Source of the DNA: Candidatus Micrarchaeota archaeon
GTDB taxonomy: Archaea; B1Sed10-29; B47-G15
NCBI GenBank assembly: GCA_003660975.1
Contig: QMVG01000004.1
Span: 23,836-87,835, forward strand
Direction: 5' to 3'
Length of the DNA: 64,000 nucleotides
Positions 59,611-64,000 of this stretch are shown here, piece after piece; position 1 is the first letter of the stretch, and the number at the start of each line of letters is the position of its first letter. The translations under genes and the position numbers were made by a program. The notes beneath the pieces are model-generated. The model was given only the letters and a program-made list of their open reading frames with translations, had not been told where the DNA came from and made no database searches.

Positions 59611-60084
59611 TTAAGATTCCTTTTCTTGATACATTCTTCTATATATAGCTTTATTTCTATTTAACAGCTCAACAAATTCGTCTGGATTCGGTGGAGACAG
59701 CACGTATTCTTTTGTCTTTCCCTTTCCTCTTACCCTTATCAATACCCTGTCCTTGAAATTCGTGCAATAATACCCAAAGCCAGTCAACGCATACTTATGT
59801 TTTCCGCCAACTTTTTCAGCACTCTCAAAATCAGCAAAGCTTATTTTACCAGGCCTGAAGTAATTTATTATCAGGTACTTGTCAGTTATCAAATAGAATG
59901 CATTGCTAAGAGGCCACACGATAAATGTTGTTGTTAGAGTCATCAGAATTAAAGAGATTCCCACCACAGTTCCATTGCTCCACAATATGCCAGAAGCAAG
60001 CAGGAAGACAGGTAGGAATACGGATAAAGAGAAGACCAGCTTTGCAGGCGTGTCCATTTTTGGTCTGAACAATTTGGTGGCCAT
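59611..60084 (-). CDS. Two-TM protein with bacterial PH-like domain
   Basis: TM pair then 'YLITDKYLII...YVLSPPNPDEFVELL'. Confidence 0.65.
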   Translation of the reverse strand: MATKLFRPKMDTPAKLVFSLSVFLPVFLLASGILWSNGTVVGISLILMTLTTTFIVWPLSNAFYLITDKYLIINYFRPGKISFADFESAEKVGGKHKYALTGFGYYCTNFKDRVLIRVRGKGKTKEYVLSPPNPDEFVELLNRNKAIYRRMYQEKES

Positions 60085-60138
60085 TGCTAAAATAAAACAG
60101 GGAGAGGTATTTAAGGGTTTCTGATGATAAATTATATC

Positions 60139-60963
60139 ATGCTAATCCTTAAGCACGCGGAACTCTTCACTAAGAGTGAGCAGGTTAGGAAGAGATTTTT
60201 GCGTAAGCTTGTCAGGAATATAAAATCAGCCCTGCCTGATGCCAAGGTGAATAACAGGAGAATGAGAATTTTCGTTTACGCTGGCAATGAGGAGAAAGCA
60301 GTAGAAATTCTAAGAAGGGTTTTCGGCATTTCCTCTGTGGCGATCGGCACAGAGATGCGATTTGATATGGAAGCAGTCAAGAGAAAAGCACTGGAAATTT
60401 CGAAAGCGTGGGATGGAAGCTTTGCAGTCAAGAGCCAGAGGTTGACAAAGGATATAGATATGACAAGCCAGCAGATTAGCAGCAGCATTGGAGCCTTCAT
60501 AAAAAAGCACAGAGGCCTTGAAGTTGACCTGAAAAATCCAAAACACGTGCTTTTCGTAGAGTATTTTGAGGGCAATGCCTATTTGTACACAAGGACCTTT
60601 CAAGCAGTTTCAGGCCTTCCTCTCTCAACAGCTGGTAAAATCATTGTTGAAAACAGCGACCCTTATTCTCTGCTTTCGGCGTGGCTTATGATGAGGAGAG
60701 GTGCGTCTATTATTTTAAGAGGCAGCAAGGACTTTTTGAGATACTGGGATTACGGGGCAGAAGTTGAGGAGCTTGCTGAGATAGGAGATCAGGAAATTCA
60801 GAGAGCAGATGGGATTGCCAGACCTTACATATCTGAAAGCAGCTTTGTTAATGGCCTTCCTGTTTTTTACCCACTTGCAGCTCTGGACAAAAAGACCTGC
60901 AACAAGCTGCTGTCTTTTATCAGCAAGGGGGAGCTTCCTCCCTCTTTTGATTTGCTTCTATAA
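60139..60963 (+). CDS. ThiI-like THUMP domain protein with degenerate catalytic domain
   Basis: ELFTKS..VR..F, RVFGISS, THUMP VDLKNP, GLPLST.GK, AWLMMRRG; PP-loop SGGxDS missing. Confidence 0.8.
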   Translation: MLILKHAELFTKSEQVRKRFLRKLVRNIKSALPDAKVNNRRMRIFVYAGNEEKAVEILRRVFGISSVAIGTEMRFDMEAVKRKALEISKAWDGSFAVKSQRLTKDIDMTSQQISSSIGAFIKKHRGLEVDLKNPKHVLFVEYFEGNAYLYTRTFQAVSGLPLSTAGKIIVENSDPYSLLSAWLMMRRGASIILRGSKDFLRYWDYGAEVEELAEIGDQEIQRADGIARPYISESSFVNGLPVFYPLAALDKKTCNKLLSFISKGELPPSFDLLL

Positions 60964-60978
60964 AAATAAATACTAGTA

Positions 60979-63225
60979 ATGACTTTTTTACTTGGGGTTG
61001 CTGTGAAAAAGAAGGCATCGCTCATTGTTTTCTTATTGGTTATGCTTAGTGTTTCAGCTTATGCTTCCTGGGGCTCTTCCCAGTTTTTGGGCTATGGTAT
61101 AGCCTCTGTGAACCACAACGACAGCCTGCCAGACGTTTACTGCATCTCCTGGCACAACTGCATGGCTGTTTGGAGGGGCCAGCTGAACCCAGGAGACAGT
61201 ATAGGCATTGTGTACTCGATATGGGATGGTGTTTCGTGGTCCAGTCCTTCTGTGATCCTGCCAAGACAGAATTCGCCTTACAACTCTTTCTATAAGCCGC
61301 GGGTTTCAGGTGCTGAAAACAGCAGCCATTTCTTTTACAGGATTGTGTGGCAGGCGTACAGGCAAACATCATATCAGGTCTATTCCAATGAGGAGATATT
61401 AACAGCCAGTTTTGACAATGTCTCTGGCATTTCAGATTACTACAACCTTACGAACGACGAAAACGATGACGAGCACCCATCTGTTTCCTGCTTCCTGAAC
61501 CCCGCTTCTGGCGCATCCGATATACGCTGCGTTGTTGTTTGGGATTCTTATGGGCCAAACGGTTTTTCAAGCAGGGAGATAAAATACAAAGACATAGGCA
61601 AATACGCCTCTTCTGGAAGCTTTGTTACCAATAACGATACAAATGAGTCAATGCCTGATATTGACTGTCCTTACAACCCCTCTGTGAGCGACTACTGCAT
61701 TCTTTCTTATCAGTCATTAAACGATTATGGAAATTGGGACATTCACTCAGCTGTTTTCACTTTTGGCCTCACTGGTGCTTCTTGGTCAAATTACACAGCA
61801 GTGCATCCAGCAAATGCTGTGGATGATAGGAGGCCAAGAGTGTCATATTTTAGTGGCAATGGCAAGTTAATATGGTATAATTGGAGTTCTTATCAAAACA
61901 ATTATGAAATAGCCACAGCAGAGTGGACTGGGAATGGTTGGACTAATCTAAATCAGAGAACAGCCAATGGGCAAGATGACCTGTATCCTGATTTGAGCTG
62001 TCACACTACTGGCACTTTGTGCAGGGCAGCGTGGTCCTATTACAGCAGTGACTACAACCTACTCTATGCTGACTGGGACATCGGATTGTGGAATAGCAAT
62101 AACATTCCGACAGACAGTTATGATGACATGACCCCTTCTATCCACTGTCCTGAAGATGGCTACTGTAAGCTTGTGTGGACCTCTGGCCGTATTTCCAGCC
62201 CTGACCTCATTTTTGAAAAAACGTTTAATACAAATCCAGCGCCTCGCCTCTTTACTGCCAATGATTCAAACGCTGTGAGGATAAAGAAAGAATCAAATGT
62301 TACTTTCTGGGGCAATTGGACAGACCAGGACAGCGATGAGAATGATTTTCTTGTGACTACTAATAAGAGTTTCTACAAGTGCAATCGGCTTCAAAAAAGC
62401 GGTTGCATTTGTTATGAAGCTGGCCAGACAGACGGCCTTGGCAGGTGTTTGTTTAACACATCATCGCAGAACAAGTCTGGGAAGGTTGTAAACGTTACTT
62501 GGTATGCGAGGGCTTGCGACAGCAAAAATAGCTGTACCAATATAGTTAACGACAGCTACCTGATTGACAGCAAAGCACCAATAATAAGTAACATTGATGC
62601 TTCTGAACTGAGCAATGTAAGGGTTAAGATAAGCTGGGACACAGATGAGAGCGCCAACTCAACTGTTGATTACGGCACAACGCTCTCACTTGGCTCCAGG
62701 AACAGTTCATCAAGTTTCGTAGAGAGTCATGCAATATGGCTTACAGGCCTGTCTCCAGACACGCTTTACCACTTCAACGTTACATCTTGCGATCAGTATG
62801 AGAACTGCAATGAAAGCTCAGGAGGTAGTTTCCGCACATCTCCAAGCACCGGATGGCTGAACGGCAGCGTTTACGATGCTTTCCATAACCCCATTCCAAA
62901 CGCGCGAGTAAATGCGTCAAACAGGGATTACGGCAGCTACGAGACATATACAGACAGCGAGGGCAATTTCTCTATTATAGTGGGGGTTGATGCAAGGGCA
63001 TTTTACAATGTGACTGCTTCAAAAAGAGCGTACTCTCAAAACAGCAGTTACAACCTTCTCATAAGAGCAACAAGAGGGAATAAGACAAAAATAAGAATAA
63101 TTTACATTGGCACTGATTTAGGTAGTATGGGAAGGGTCTCTGCTCCAGGCATGGATATATATGTGCTTTTCCTTGTCTTTGTAGCAGCTTTGCTGTATTA
63201 TGCTCTTAAGGAGAGGGGCAAATGA
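60979..63225 (+). CDS. Secreted surface protein (propeller-like repeats, FN3-like and carboxypeptidase-regulatory-like domains, PGF-CTERM-like tail)
   Basis: Signal peptide; 'ISWDTDESANSTVDYG...LSPDTLYHF'; C-terminal APGM + TM + basic residues. Confidence 0.7.
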   Translation: MTFLLGVAVKKKASLIVFLLVMLSVSAYASWGSSQFLGYGIASVNHNDSLPDVYCISWHNCMAVWRGQLNPGDSIGIVYSIWDGVSWSSPSVILPRQNSPYNSFYKPRVSGAENSSHFFYRIVWQAYRQTSYQVYSNEEILTASFDNVSGISDYYNLTNDENDDEHPSVSCFLNPASGASDIRCVVVWDSYGPNGFSSREIKYKDIGKYASSGSFVTNNDTNESMPDIDCPYNPSVSDYCILSYQSLNDYGNWDIHSAVFTFGLTGASWSNYTAVHPANAVDDRRPRVSYFSGNGKLIWYNWSSYQNNYEIATAEWTGNGWTNLNQRTANGQDDLYPDLSCHTTGTLCRAAWSYYSSDYNLLYADWDIGLWNSNNIPTDSYDDMTPSIHCPEDGYCKLVWTSGRISSPDLIFEKTFNTNPAPRLFTANDSNAVRIKKESNVTFWGNWTDQDSDENDFLVTTNKSFYKCNRLQKSGCICYEAGQTDGLGRCLFNTSSQNKSGKVVNVTWYARACDSKNSCTNIVNDSYLIDSKAPIISNIDASELSNVRVKISWDTDESANSTVDYGTTLSLGSRNSSSSFVESHAIWLTGLSPDTLYHFNVTSCDQYENCNESSGGSFRTSPSTGWLNGSVYDAFHNPIPNARVNASNRDYGSYETYTDSEGNFSIIVGVDARAFYNVTASKRAYSQNSSYNLLIRATRGNKTKIRIIYIGTDLGSMGRVSAPGMDIYVLFLVFVAALLYYALKERGK

Positions 63226-63854
63226 TATACATAGAAGACATAAGAGACTTTGTCTCAAAGTTATCAGATAAGGCTTGGACTATACTGTCTTCAGTGATTG
63301 GCAGAGATGATGAGGAAAAAGCATTGCTTTTCTTTGCCTTCGCTTATCTTGCTGAGCAGTATACTGCTATCTCAGAGGAACTGCTCAGACAAAAAAAGAG
63401 CGCAGAAGCAAGCTATTATTCAGCTAAGGCAGTGGTTGTCAGGAGGCTCTGCCATGAGATTTTTGAAGAGGTGCCTGAAAAAGATTACTATACAGAGCTG
63501 TTTCACCTGCCCCCGTCCACGAGAAAGATGGAAGACGAGGAGCTTGTTTATTTGCACAAGCTGGCCCAGTTCTGTGTTGAGAAGATAGAGCCAGACAAGG
63601 AGATGCTCTCTGATATCTCACATTTATATGCTAACCTAAAGAGTTTAATAAAATCAATAAAAGGAGGCCCAACAATATCAAATGCCAAAAGGGTTTTGCT
63701 GAAGGAAACAAGGCATTACAAAGACAGGCCTTCAAAATTGCAGACAATTTATGAAGTTGTGCTGCTTGTCATGAATGTCTCTGCTGTTATTGAAGCCCTC
63801 ACAAGAGAAAAGACAGAGAAAAGGGAGGAAAAGCTCCCTGGTTTTAAGGTTTAA
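63222..63854 (+). CDS. Hypothetical helical protein
   Basis: ATGA overlap with the upstream gene, GGAGAGG SD. Confidence 0.6.
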   Translation: MIYIEDIRDFVSKLSDKAWTILSSVIGRDDEEKALLFFAFAYLAEQYTAISEELLRQKKSAEASYYSAKAVVVRRLCHEIFEEVPEKDYYTELFHLPPSTRKMEDEELVYLHKLAQFCVEKIEPDKEMLSDISHLYANLKSLIKSIKGGPTISNAKRVLLKETRHYKDRPSKLQTIYEVVLLVMNVSAVIEALTREKTEKREEKLPGFKV

Positions 63855-63865
63855 TTTTTTAAGGT

Positions 63866-64000
63866 TTAATTTTTTATGCAGTGCTTTATATTCTCATAGG
63901 CCTTATTTATTGCCTTTCCAACCTCTGCCTCTGATTTTGCTCCAGTGCATATTAGCTTTCCGTTCTTGAAAAGAAGCAAGCTTGTTTTTGGATTCTTCAG
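63866..64000 (-). CDS. tbp: TATA-box binding protein, 3' fragment (runs off the window)
   Basis: Minus strand reads LKNPKTSLLLFKNGKLICTGAKSEAEVGKAINKAYENIKHCIKN*, a TBP repeat motif. Confidence 0.8.
   Translation of the reverse strand: MKNPKTSLLLFKNGKLICTGAKSEAEVGKAINKAYENIKHCIKN

Noticed and set aside
63846-63875. 15-bp tandem duplication aaggtttaatttttt between convergent stops
   Set aside because: Short and AT-rich; likely slippage or terminator tract

Overview
Chromosomal segment of an archaeon. The archaeal-type MAT, ftsZ-secE-spt5-L11-L1-L10-L12 cluster, aIF-1A/aIF-2beta, MCM, PAN, TBP, archaellin and BHB tRNA intron support this; the dense packing and many basic ORFans suggest DPANN, possibly Micrarchaeota (inference). 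Most of the window is housekeeping. The standout is an AT-rich ~5.1 kb compact type V-F (Cas14/Cas12f) CRISPR-Cas locus at 33300-38410, between tRNA-Leu(CAA) and the 3' end of glmS. It has a 586-aa RuvC effector, a candidate tracrRNA with a clear anti-repeat, an array of 15 x 37-bp repeats with 14 spacers, and cas1-cas2-cas4. This system type is already described, and this protein may be a known member. Features missing from the ORF track include four tRNAs, a box C/D (K-turn) motif inside the tRNA-Thr intron, a family of ~45-bp palindromes 3' of three tRNA genes, repeated copies of the tRNA-Leu 3' end, an unidentified ~130-nt GC-rich structured RNA candidate, a 37-aa ultra-acidic ORF and a partial TBP gene at the right edge. 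All calls come from reading motifs by eye; no searches were run.
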